A stretch of DNA of 64,000 bases, taken from the NCBI GenBank assembly GCA_008632985.1, contig QPGO01000050.1, positions 372,001-436,000 of the forward strand, written 5' to 3'. This DNA comes from Psammoneis japonica (lineage: Eukaryota). The translations under genes were made by a program, and so were the position numbers. Positions 37,606 through 48,800 of this stretch are shown here, piece after piece. Position 1 is the first letter of the stretch. Every line of letters begins with the position of its first letter. Under the pieces are notes generated by a model. That model was not told the DNA's origin. It searched no databases and saw nothing but the letters and a program-made list of their open reading frames with translations.

Positions 37606-39167
37606 TTAGCGATAGTAGCGCGGGTGCCTGTAGGGGTAGGGACTTTCGGCGGTTGCGTTTCGTGGTTCATAGTGACCGTCAACGCCTCCATAGTAGCTTG
37701 TGGTGTCATTGTTGTCCTGCGTGATTCCTCTGTGGTCCCCACAACGATGATCTTCGGAGCGACGATAGTATGAATCATACTCGAAGTGACTACGGTCGCC
37801 GTAATGGCTTCCATACGCGCATTCGTCTCTGGGGTAGAATGCCTTTCTGGCGTAAGGACGGCTGGAATCACAATTACCATCGCTGCCATAACGGCTCCAT
37901 TGGAGATGCTGAAAGTCGGTTGGACGGAACCACTTGTGGTCCCTACAAGAGTAGACATCGCAATCGTCACGCTCACGATGCTGTTTAATTTGCGTTTTGA
38001 GGTCGGCAGTCCTCTCGCGTTCACGAAAATACGCGTCTTTGCATTTGTCCTTCTCCTTGGTCAATGCAATTATGTTGTTGAGTGCCGCGTTATGGGCCTC
38101 TCTCGCAACCCGCAGCTCCTCCTTTTCGTCACACAGGATCAAGCCCATATCCGACCCTACCAACTTGGCGCACTCCTCCCACACTTCCACCACTCGTCCA
38201 CATTCTGCACACCACCACCAAAAGGTTGGTTTTGTCGGGCTCGCGAATCCACAACGCCATCGACATCAAACTTGTGATGAAGTTGATTCTTTGGAAAGAG
38301 TAACTTGCTAAGGCATGTTTCAATATCGAAAGCCTTTCCAGGAGGATACAAGCTCCTGACCGCCAAGAACTTTTTCCAAACTCCATCTAGCTTACCAACG
38401 GCATGAACAACATTGGGATCACCGCTAGCCTTCGCCTTTTCAATGAATATCTGCTCGAGAAATGCCACTGCCCGTGAGGTAGTCTGGTACTTGTCCGAAG
38501 TGACAATACAAAATCCATCAGCCCTAGCCATGTTTTCGGACGGAGCGTTGTAGTCGGTAGTGGCGGTTGCATCATCGTGGTTCTTCTCGGCGTCCTTCTC
38601 GACTTCGCTGCTGGCCAAATCGATGTTGCTCTGATCGCCGTCACTCTCGTCTTCAAGGCTTGGACAATCAACTATGGTCTTGGCTTCTGGAGGCGAGTTG
38701 CTAAGCGATGGTCTCTCTCTGGCGTTGACGGCATCCACAGCGTTGTCTGTTACAAGGCCCGTAGCACTGACACCTTCTCCATGAATATCCGCTATGGCAT
38801 CAAGGCGTTCCCATTCATGTACCTCTGATCTGGGAGCCTCGTCATTCACAGCATTGAAAGCCTTGGTTGTAATCTTTGCTACAATGCCCGCACCCTTGGC
38901 ATGAATGCTCTTGATGCTTTCCAAGCGCTTATCTTCCTTATTGATAGTCACTTGAGCTGTCTTGATGACGACTCTCTTGCCTTTTTCTGCTGAATTGATC
39001 TTCCACTTCTTCTTCCAGATTTTGTTCTTTTCCTTTTGCTCAGCTTGCTCTTCAGGAGGGGCCGTCTTCAGACGCTCACGACGTAGAGCTTGCCTCTGTG
39101 CGTCTGTCAGCGCATCCGCAGCCTTTCGCTTTTGGCCGCGTGGTTGCTTCTCGTTGTTCTCTTCCAT
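37606..39167 (-). CDS. Hypothetical protein (basic N-terminus, coiled coil, Tyr/Arg/Asp-rich tail); probable frameshift near 38190
   Basis: Two overlapping long ORFs (339 and 195 aa) with normal composition; no family recognised. Confidence 0.5.
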
Positions 39168-39832
39168 TGTTAGCAATTGAAACAGCTTTGTGAAGTCGTG
39201 TAATCTCTTAAAATGAAAGAGTTTCTTCGAGTCGCCAATCCCAAAAGGCCAGCAACGTTTTCTCGCTCATGACTTCGTGTGAACGTGTCATCATTGTTTC
39301 GAAACAGTTTCAAAACAATTCAAAATGATTTCGAACTGGATCGTTCAAATCGCCAGCTCAACTGAGTGTAGGCAGGTTAGGTGCCTTCTGGTGGAGACTA
39401 CGAGACATAGACAACCATGGTGGTTATTCCAGACGACCATGACGGTGGTAAACCTGAGCAGAGTTGTGTATTACGGGTTACCGGTACTCATCCAGACGAC
39501 CGCGACCCGCGACCGACCGTTACCATTTTGAAATTTCAACGCCGCAGCAAGTTTTCGCTTGTTTTTAGGGTATTTTGGAAATAGTATAAAAAAACTAAAT
39601 TGATATATGATTTTGTACAATTACACAAGAATTATGATAAAAACGCAAACGGCTTGTCCGCGAGTTCTGCGCCTTCCATTCCACATGCACCGGTGCGCAC
39701 ATCACACCGCACCTACGGTTATCTCTACTCTAGCTCTCTAGAGTAGAGAGAAGCTAGTGCCGTAGCTGCTAGTAGAGCTACTGTAAGAATAGAGAGAGCC
39801 ACTGCCGCTGCACTCTCCAGGTTCTCTCTAGC

Positions 39833-39858
39833 TAGAGAGAGAGAGAGAGAGAGAGAGA
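39833..39858. repeat. (GA)n microsatellite
   Basis: Directly visible. Confidence 0.95.
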
Positions 39859-40127
39859 GTTCCGCATGGATGAGGGCCCTGCGGCACTGCAGCTGCTGGT
39901 GGCCGAAATCTTGTCTCGCCGCATGGCCATTGACAGCGACCGCGACACCCTCTCTAGAGTACACTCTCTAGTGGCTAGGGCCTAGAGAGAGAGACACAAG
40001 GTTACAACGCACAAGGCATGAGCCGTTGAACCAGAACGTTGGTCCCACGTGCCAGTGCAAGCTGTGCATGACATGCGAGCAGGCTGTAAGAACCACATTG
40101 AATGTCCTTGGCGTCGGCTTTCTCTCT

Positions 40128-40490
40128 CTCAACGCAGGATGGGCCGTTGAATTCGTCTCTCAACGCATGAACGGGCCGTTGAATCTGCTTTTTTTCGTGA
40201 CTTCCCCAAGGGAAGTCACGAAAAAAACACTCTGCGCGAAAATCGCGCTCCCTTCTCCAACCTCTGCGCGACCGTCTCGCGCGCTTTTCAACGCATGTGG
40301 GCCGTTGAATTCGTCTCTCAACGCATGAACGGGCCGTTGAATCTGCTAATTTTCGTGACTTCCGGCCGGGAAGTCACGAAAAAAAACACTCTCTGCGCGA
40401 AAATCGCGCTCCCTTCTCCAACCTCTGCGCGACCGTCTCGCGCGCTTTTCAACGCATGTGGGCCGTTGAATTCGTCTGTCAACGCATGAA
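40128..40490. repeat. ~160-bp tandem repeat (2.2 copies), each full copy with a long inverted repeat
   Basis: Units start gggccgttgaattcgtct at 40141, 40299, 40460; hairpin tttcgtgacttcc-N5-ggaagtcacgaaa in both full copies. Confidence 0.92.
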
Positions 40491-40990
40491 AGAACGCATT
40501 GTGAGGATATGGTACAGTTTTTACCGTACCGTATGATATGAACACCGGTAGACCGACTTCATCCGTACAGTACCGGTAGGGCCTACGGACTGAGACGAGC
40601 GAAGTTAGACGGGACTCATTTCTGTAGTCACGTGTGCGCATCATACCTACCTCAAAACACCACACACCATGAGAATCGGAGCGGCTTTTTAGACTACAGT
40701 ATTTCCAATCCTTTCAACAATGCCAACGCTGGTCGGAATTTTGCTGCGGTGAAGCACGACGCCACCTCGGGTGAGGAGTCCCGAGGCGGGAACGAACAGA
40801 TAATATAATAATAATAGTTGGTCATGTCGCCGCCCGCCCGCCGCCCGCAAAGTCCGTCGATCCGTCGACCGACACCCGAGACACCGACCGGTACCGCATT
40901 GAGCATTCACCATGAACAAACGTGCCTGGCATAAACACACACACACACACAAAACACACACCTTGTTTAAAAATAACCACTTCAACAAAC

Positions 40991-41716
40991 ATGGGCGACA
41001 AGAAGGAGAAAAAGCGAAAGAAGCATCATGACGAGGGCTTTGCTCGAATAGGATCTGGCGTGGATTATTCCAAAGTTGCGAATCGGCACGTTGATGATGA
41101 ACGGTATGAAAAGCATCAGCAAAAGAGCGGTGCATCAGGATCGACGTCGACTTCTCCTCCACCACCGTCACAAGAAGTGAAACGGTCGTCTCAAATGGAA
41201 GCTGTGTATCGAATCATGACGGGAAAAGAAGAACGAACGATTGCCGAAAAGCTAGCGGATTCCAACAGACCCACGTGGGAACAGTATAAGAAGGACAACG
41301 AAGACAAACTCAATTTGGAGGGGGCGGATCAGCGGAAAATGGAAGAATACCGAAAAGAATTAGACCATGAACGAGAGCGTCTCCTAGCACGGGGAATCAA
41401 TCAAGGGGCAGAAAAGAAAAAGAAAAAGGCGAAACGAAAAAAGAGGAGGCACAGCAGTAGCGGCAGCGATAGTGACAGCAGTGATGACTCCAGGCGACGA
41501 CACAAGAAGAAGCATAAGAAGAAAAAGGATCGTAAACGAAAGAAGCATCACCACGAAGAATCGTCGTCATCTAGTGACAGTGAAGATAGCCACGATCGTC
41601 ATAAGAAGAAACGACACAAAAAGCATAAGAAAAAGAAGAAGTCTTCGAAAGGTGAAGAGGAGGATAATCGCTATCGGCTCAGTAACTTTTTCACAGCTGC
41701 ATCTGACGACGGCTAG
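40991..41716 (+). CDS. FAM133-like Lys/Ser-rich nuclear protein
   Basis: NRPTWEQYK...MEEYRKELDHERERLL core followed by K/H/S/D low-complexity tail. Confidence 0.75.
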   Translation: MGDKKEKKRKKHHDEGFARIGSGVDYSKVANRHVDDERYEKHQQKSGASGSTSTSPPPPSQEVKRSSQMEAVYRIMTGKEERTIAEKLADSNRPTWEQYKKDNEDKLNLEGADQRKMEEYRKELDHERERLLARGINQGAEKKKKKAKRKKRRHSSSGSDSDSSDDSRRRHKKKHKKKKDRKRKKHHHEESSSSSDSEDSHDRHKKKRHKKHKKKKKSSKGEEEDNRYRLSNFFTAASDDG

Positions 41717-41823
41717 ATAAAGCGAGCCATATTTTTATACCGTACATGCATATTGAGTAGATTCTAGCGGAAAGATTTAAAAAAAAGAGCTGCTAAATAA
41801 TGAACTCTGTTCCCAGCACGCGA

Positions 41824-44056
41824 CTACGCCCAATAATGCGGAGCGAGCTCTCTTAGCCACCTAGCTTCAATCACGCTACACGATCGAAGTTCAATGCCGC
41901 CTCGCGGACCATCTGACGTTTCTCCAAACACAATGTATTCACTTGCTTCGCCGTGGGAATGAAGCACACTTGCTTGGTTTGGAGTCACCATGTGTTTGCC
42001 TCGGATTGTGTAGTATCTCCCATCATTTCCCAGTTTCGCCACGTTGAAAAAGAAACCAGCTGTAACGCATTTTCGAATGGCTCTGCTGCGAGCGTCTGTT
42101 TCATCGTGACCCATGCCAAGTCCCATGGCGTCGACGCGACCGTAGCGGCGAAGGAAACGAGACAGTTGTTTCCGTACCTCCATGGCTCTTGTCAGGGCGA
42201 TGTAATTGATAAACTTCTCCTTGCACTCTTCTTGATCCATTTCTGTTTCTTCATGCTGTGCTAGGAGATTGGCATATGTGACATGGTCGCCACTTGGATC
42301 CACGAGCTCTGCCATTGTGGCATCGTAATCGATTCGTTGGCGCTGGGTGCGGGGCTGAAAGAAGAGGGACCGCACCTGCAGTGCACTCGCCACAGACAAA
42401 GCTTCCGATGCGCAATCCAGTTCTATCGATTCAAGCAACATTCGAGATACACGTGGCTCGGTTGGAAAGGCAGACATATCCATTCCACGCTTGGTCAAGT
42501 GCGTTTGTTCATCGATAGCGCCTAGCGCAAACAAACATTCCAACCCATGCGACAGCGCATCGACACTTGGGAGATCCATTAAATCAAACGCGAGAATGTT
42601 GTGAATGCCCAGTGCCTTGAGGGTCAAAATGAATCCCGTAAGATTGGTCCGCAGCACTTCCGGCGGGGTCGATGCTTGCATCTTGTCCATGACCCACTTC
42701 TCGGTGTAAAGGCGATAGCACTTGCCGGACTGTACTCGGCCTGCCCTGCCTGCACGTTGGCGAGCACTCGCGAGGCTAATGGGAGACACAATGAGCCTAT
42801 CAAAACCAGTTCTGGGGTCAAAATAAGGCAACTTGGCAAACCCGCAGTCAATCACATGTGTAATATCCGGAACTGTCACACTGGTTTCAGCAATGTTGGT
42901 GGCAAAGATTACCCGACGTAAATTTCGTTCCGAGGTGGATTTGGGCTGAAATACTTTAACTTGCATTTGGTACGGGAGGCTTCCATAGAGAGGGAGAAAA
43001 GATAGATCATACTGATTCTTTCCCCGGGGAGGCTCCATGTTTGCAATCGTGTCCTCCGCCAGCCGGATGGCACGATCAATGTCCTCACCGGAAGGTAAGA
43101 AACACAGTATGTCTCCTCCGTTCTCTTCCCGGTGTATACTCAGTGCCGTCTCCACGGTACATCGAATGTAGTCGGCCACAGGTTCTGCCAGGTACAAAAT
43201 ATCCACAGGATGCTGTCGACCGTCAACAGAAATGATTGTTCCACAGCTAGACGGTTGCGTCGTGTCCTCCTTTTCTGGTACTTCACCCACTCGGCCCCAT
43301 CTGCTTTTCCTTGGTCTCTTTCCCGTTTCAACTTTGCTTTGAGACACAAAAAAGTCCAAGAAGGCTTGTGCATCAATGGTGGCGCTACATACAATGATTT
43401 TAAGATTTTTTCGCTTCCGTCGAATCTTTTTCAGAATGCCGAGCAACGCATCCGAATTGAGAGATCGTTCGTGCGCTTCATCGATCATAATCAAACTGTA
43501 TTTGGAAAGGAGTGGATCAACTAGAGTTGCCTCTCTTAGTAGCATTCCGTCCGTCATGTATTTGATTCGTGTTCTAGGAGACGTGCAGTCATCAAATCGA
43601 ACCGTATATCCCACCTCCCGACCAAGCTGGACGCCAGACTCTGTGGCAACGCGGCGAGCTAGAGTTTGTGCAGCCAATCTTCGTGGTTGAGTGCAAGCCA
43701 CCTGAAAGCCCCGATCTGCCCAGCCATTCTCGTGAAGGTACTGCGGTATTTGTGTACTTTTGCCTGTTTAAAAACAAAAACAAAACAAGAGTGTACATGA
43801 GAAACGAAAGCTTGCAAGGAAAATATTCTTTCACACACATACCGCATCCAGTTTCGCCGACAATTATCACCACATGAAACTTTTCCATTGCATAAAGAAT
43901 CTGCCGACGATATTTATGAATAGGAAGTAGCAACCGCTGCTGAGCTAGAGGAGCTGAGCTAAAGTTGAACGCAACCTCAGATACTTCGCCGCCTGCTGTG
44001 TCATCGTCCCGCAACACCGATCTAGCACCTGGTTTCCAGAACCCATGAGATGCCAT
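41824..44056 (-). CDS. DHX35: DEAH-box RNA helicase DHX35-like; intron ~43763-43841
   Basis: N-terminal FWKPG, GETGCGKST, TQPRR, TDGMLLRE, DEAHER, SAT, TNIAETSVT, QRAGRAGR, HA2/OB C-terminus. Confidence 0.9.
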
Positions 44057-44417
44057 TATTGTATTCGTTTCATCTCTTTTCTATTTTGAACGTGTTCCGC
44101 GAAGAATAATCGGGATGGATAGGGCGGAGAATTAGCCAGGCAGGTTCAAAGGTCGGCGGTGGCTCGCAACTCGCAACGCATCAGATGATGGGTGGAAATA
44201 AGTGAAAAAACTTGAAAAATCGAAAAAAGAAAACTGGCAATACATTCATTAGTATTCATAAACTTATACCTATATAACTGATAATTTTGAGCGCGTCAGA
44301 AGCAAAAAAAATGAAAGCAATGGGGGAAAATGGCAAACTGACTCGTCACACTCTCTTTTCTTCATCTTCTTTTAAAAGTAAGGCGAAGTTGGATTAGACG
44401 TCGACATCTCAGAAGCC

Positions 44418-44773
44418 ATGGTGAGTATTTTGAATTTGCTAAAGGCGCATCTCGAGGAAAAATGATCTTGGGCGCGAAAACGGCATGTTTAGTGTTTAGC
44501 AGTGGCGGTACCTCCTGACTGCTTCTCTGACGATACACTCCATGCTTCTGTCCTTTTTCTTTATAGTCTAAACAGTGCGCTGAAGCAGCTCTTAGTCTTG
44601 TGACTTGTATGGAAGAAACGGATTGCGTAAAGAAAGACAAAAAATCTATTGTGGAGTGTCTGAAGGACCCGATTGAGAGCGATGATTGCCGTGCACAACG
44701 AAATGCCTATTATACCTGCAAACACAGCCAGCTTGACATGAGGAAGAGGATTCGAGGCGTTAGAGTATACTAG
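44418..44773 (+). CDS. COA5: Cytochrome c oxidase assembly factor COA5/PET191 (ATG-only exon 44418-44420, intron 44421-44566)
   Basis: Manual splice ATG|gtgagt...tag| gives MSKQCAEAALSLVTCMEETDCVKKDKKSIVECLKDPIESDDCRAQRNAYYTCKHSQLDMRKRIRGVRVY*: twin CX9C plus DMRKRIRG. Not in the ORF track. Confidence 0.88.
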
Positions 44774-45257
44774 ATTTTGAAAAGGACAACGGCGACAATG
44801 CTGCTGGGAGTTGAGCACTGGATTCTTGCGAGGAACCCGTGATTCGGAAAGTCGATACGGAAACCTTATTTAGAAGTTTCACGTCATTGTTTTCTCTTGA
44901 GATAAAAGCTTAAAGCAGAGTTATACAAAAATGACGCTCGTAGCTAAAAAGTGGTGAAGCGTCACTCGCGTGCTGATAGAATCCTCTCGCTATTTTCTCA
45001 GCAAAGTCCGCCTTCTTACACAGCAACACGGCACTTTAAGTTAAGTGGAGAGAATCGAACTAGTCTGCAAATTGACGCATCCACTATGTACAGGGATCGA
45101 GCCTTTCTGGTTTCTACATTCAAGAACAAGAGACCGCGCGCATTGTTTGATTATCACCGCTACTCAGCTACCTCTCCGTGACCGATCCGATTCTCAAATT
45201 TCTAGACCCAAGTCAAAGTTTACCGGTAGGTGCCACTCAGCAATTTGTTTTCTATTT

Positions 45258-45731
45258 CTAAATATCCAACCCTTCTGCTTCCCATAAATCTACCAAGATA
45301 TCTACCATTTGAGGTAGCGGTACAGGTTGGGCGAAAGTTCCTTTGGATGCATCAGGGTCTCTCCACCGCTGGCTAAAAATGAGATCAATGATATCGTCGA
45401 CGTCAACCGGGACAGCTGCCCGTGCCGTCGAATCTGAGCCATCACATGATTCCAACCAAGAAGCACGAGATTCTTCCCATCGTCTCAAGCCTAATGAAAA
45501 ATCAAACAGCAACCATGAGAGGGCGGCATCCGGGAAGACAGATTGTGAGAAGGCTATTCTGCATTCTGAGTCCTGCGTCAGCCGTTGAAGCGTAAAAATC
45601 GGCAAAATCAGCTTCGGATTACCTCTGTTAACAAAATCACTTGTTTCTGCAGAAGATTCTTCATCTTCCTTTGTTGAAGTCCCTTGCGCAGATTCGACAA
45701 CACTCTTCTTCTCGTCTTTGACGTCCGTCAT
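45258..45731 (-). CDS. DUF4050/Gag1-like clamp domain protein; probable intron ~45492-45623
   Basis: FVNRG|LRRWEESRASW and FAQPVPLPQMVDILVDLWEAEGL motifs. Confidence 0.75.
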   Translation of the reverse strand: MTDVKDEKKSVVESAQGTSTKEDEESSAETSDFVNRGNPKLILPIFTLQRLTQDSECRIAFSQSVFPDAALSWLLFDFSLGLRRWEESRASWLESCDGSDSTARAAVPVDVDDIIDLIFSQRWRDPDASKGTFAQPVPLPQMVDILVDLWEAEGLDI

Positions 45732-45879
45732 GGTGGCGTCTGATTTATGTGCTGTGATGCGATAATGCTCTTATTATCGCTTTTGCGCGCGGCCGCATCG
45801 CATCATACCGGTGCCAAGGCATGCGTGCAAGAGAGCTTGGAGCAGACAGGCGAAACTTGACTGAAGATGTTATAGAAAG

Positions 45880-48800
45880 CAAAAAAAGAGTGCGAAGCTG
45901 TGCACACTGGCCTGGAGCAGTGTGGCTGCAGCACTCCTCCTTTGGAGCAAAGCTCCTGCTCTAACACATCAGAGTTTGTCTCACTGCTGGTGCCTCCTCT
46001 CTTTCTTCTCTCTCTTGTGTTTTGCCCGCCAGCCACATGCCGCCCCTCCTCTCAAGAGCACTGCAATGGATCTCTGGTGCAGGGGCTGCATTGAGAAAAC
46101 CTTTGGAGGAAGGTCTCCCATGCAGGCAACAATTCCAAGTGCCAGTGGTGCAGCTGCAAACAACAAAAAGAAAAGAAGAGCAGAGACTGTCTTCTCCAGA
46201 ATTGCAGAGCTGAAAAAAGGGGTTGTGCGCATTCATTGCTCCCCCCGCGGTCTGTGTGGAGGTGCTGCACAGCACACACAGTGTGGAGCTGTGGAGGTTG
46301 TGCCCCTGAAAGACATTTGCAAAAGATTGGCAGGCGGCATGTGTTGAGTCTGTTTTGCCAATTCCGCGATGTTGCAAGAAAAGTCAGTTTTGACCCAGGT
46401 GCTCTCCTCCTGGGGATGGGCATTTTCCAATCCCAAAGCCACAAAAGCTGATTTGTGGCATCACAGGGAAACTTGTCTCATCAGCCATCTCAGAGAAACA
46501 AGCAACAACAACTCATGACACACACCACCACATTGACAGCCTGCACTCATCGTCACTTTCAAGAGCAGAAGAAGCAGTGCTGAGCTGGCACAAGCAAGTG
46601 CGGTGCTGCAAAACTGCAAACTCAAGCAAGCATCATGGGTGCACATTTCTCAAAAGCAGAGCAGCATGACAACAGCACCCTCTTTGTCATCAAAGTTCAT
46701 GATGATGCCACCCTCATTGACCCCAATGCTCAACTCTCATGTTGACTCCACTTGCTCCTGTCGTGGTTGCAGCATCTTTTGGTGGACCCAAAAATGCCAG
46801 CCTGTTCTCGACAATTTGCCCTTGTTGCTCAAAGACCATGGCAATGGCTCCACACTTGCTGTGGCCCTGCCTCAGTTGCTCCCACAATGTTTTTTGCATG
46901 CCGGCACTTGCGATGAGCTGGAAGACATGCAACTGGCCAAACTGGGCTTGACCCAAATTCACGCATGTGGCAAATTGGTGGCTTCATTCAATGTGAAGAA
47001 GAGGCTGCATCTGTGGCAAGCGCTTGCACCAGCAATCAAGAGAGTGCTGCTGCAAGAGCTGGCTGTCAGCAGCAGTGGCAATGGAGGAGGCTGCTGCAGC
47101 CCCTCCCCCCCTGCCAACAACAGAAAAAACTGGCTGCATGCTGTCCTCCTGGTGCTTTGTCAGATTGTGGCAACTCTTCTCACATTGACCCCTTGGGTGT
47201 GTGCTTCAAATGGCATGGCACAGCTGTGTGACATGCTGCAGTCAACTGCAATGGTCACAAGGACAGCATGGCAGCAGCATTGTGTCAGTGCTGCTGGTGC
47301 AGCATCAATGGGTCACAAAATTGTCAAGTGGGCACAGACTTCAACTTGTGGCCAACCTGGTTGAGAATGAGAAATGACACATTGATTTGGGGAGTGCAAC
47401 CCTGAAGAGTTGGCTGCTTTTTGGTGGCCAAACTTTGGGGCTAGCTGGCATGGTCATTGGAGTTGACACATGATGTCTGCCATGATTTTCAAGGCATGAA
47501 GTGAAGTCATGGTGTGCAAAGAAAAAGATGGCCAATGTTGAATGTTTTTTAAGAGACTGAGCACCTTCTCTCACAGCCAATGGCGCACAGTTGGTTGCAT
47601 GTTGAGAGCAGCTGTGTCAATGATCTCATGCTTGACAAGCCCCAGGTGTTTTGAGAAATGCACCACATCATTTTCAAACCCTGTGGCCACATTTTTGCAT
47701 CAGATGTGGCATTTTGTCAAAAAAAAATGCAGCCAAAATTGTCTCAAGATTGGTGAGGCACTGGCTCCTTGCCGAGTTGCCAGGGCATCACAAATGGTGT
47801 CCCTCTTGAAAAGTGCTTGGTGGTTGCAGGATTTTTGGCAGTGAAGGTGAGGCTCAAGGAGCAGATCAGAGAGGTTGTCAAGCAGTGGTTGCCAGGGAGC
47901 TGGGGGCAAAGAATTTGTGGCAGGGGTGAAAACATCACAGCAACATGGCAGAGCAACCAAGTGGGTGCAAGACTGCATGATGCAGAGAGGAGTGCTCATG
48001 TTGAGTCTGCACTTTTTCTGGAAGGCACGGTGGTCAGAGCAAAGTGCCTGATTGCTTGTGCATCCACAGCTGTGCACGAGGGGATGGGACATTGCAGTGC
48101 AGGGTGCACGCCTGAAAAATGACTTTGAGTGGATGTCCAGCAGACTTTGCCTGAGCAAACTTGTGTGAACAACAGCACTGCACAACAACATGTGCTTCAA
48201 GAACTCAGCCTCACTCTTGCACGCAATGGCTGCCACATCATCCATCATGTGCTTTGCAGGCAGTGCACTCATTCAACCTTTGCACAGAGACAGAAGCAGA
48301 ACATTCATGCTGCAATCATCACAAGCACTCTTCAAAGTCCAGCTTGGTGTTGCTGGTGTGCATTGTTTCTCTCCACCAGCCTTTTGTTCAAATCTTTTTT
48401 GGCCTTTTCTTTGCCTTTTTGTTGTTCCACCAAAACACGCTGTTTGAAAGCCCTGGGTTTTGATGAGTGCAACATCAACTCCTTCATGATGAATTGCCTG
48501 AATCACAGAATGCACAGGAAACAATTGAACAATCCTTGCAAGATTTTGGTGCAAAAGTGGCCACATTGTGGGTTTGCTTTCCTTGGAAACATGAGCAAGC
48601 CTTGCCAGCCTGCATTGAGGCAACCTGTGCTCTCCAGCAGCACTGATGTGACTTGCTGTCCCAGGGCAGATTGTGCCAGAAAATTGAAGCAGATCAAGAA
48701 AAGCACCCAGAAATTGGTGAGGAGGAGCGCTGCTTTGCAGATGATGTGGGCCACTCTTGCTGAAGAAGTGCAAGTGTGCAAAGAGACAAACATGAGGTGT

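Noticed and set aside
40128..40490. CRISPR array
   Set aside because: Whole units are duplicated with no unique spacers; eukaryotic context and no cas genes.
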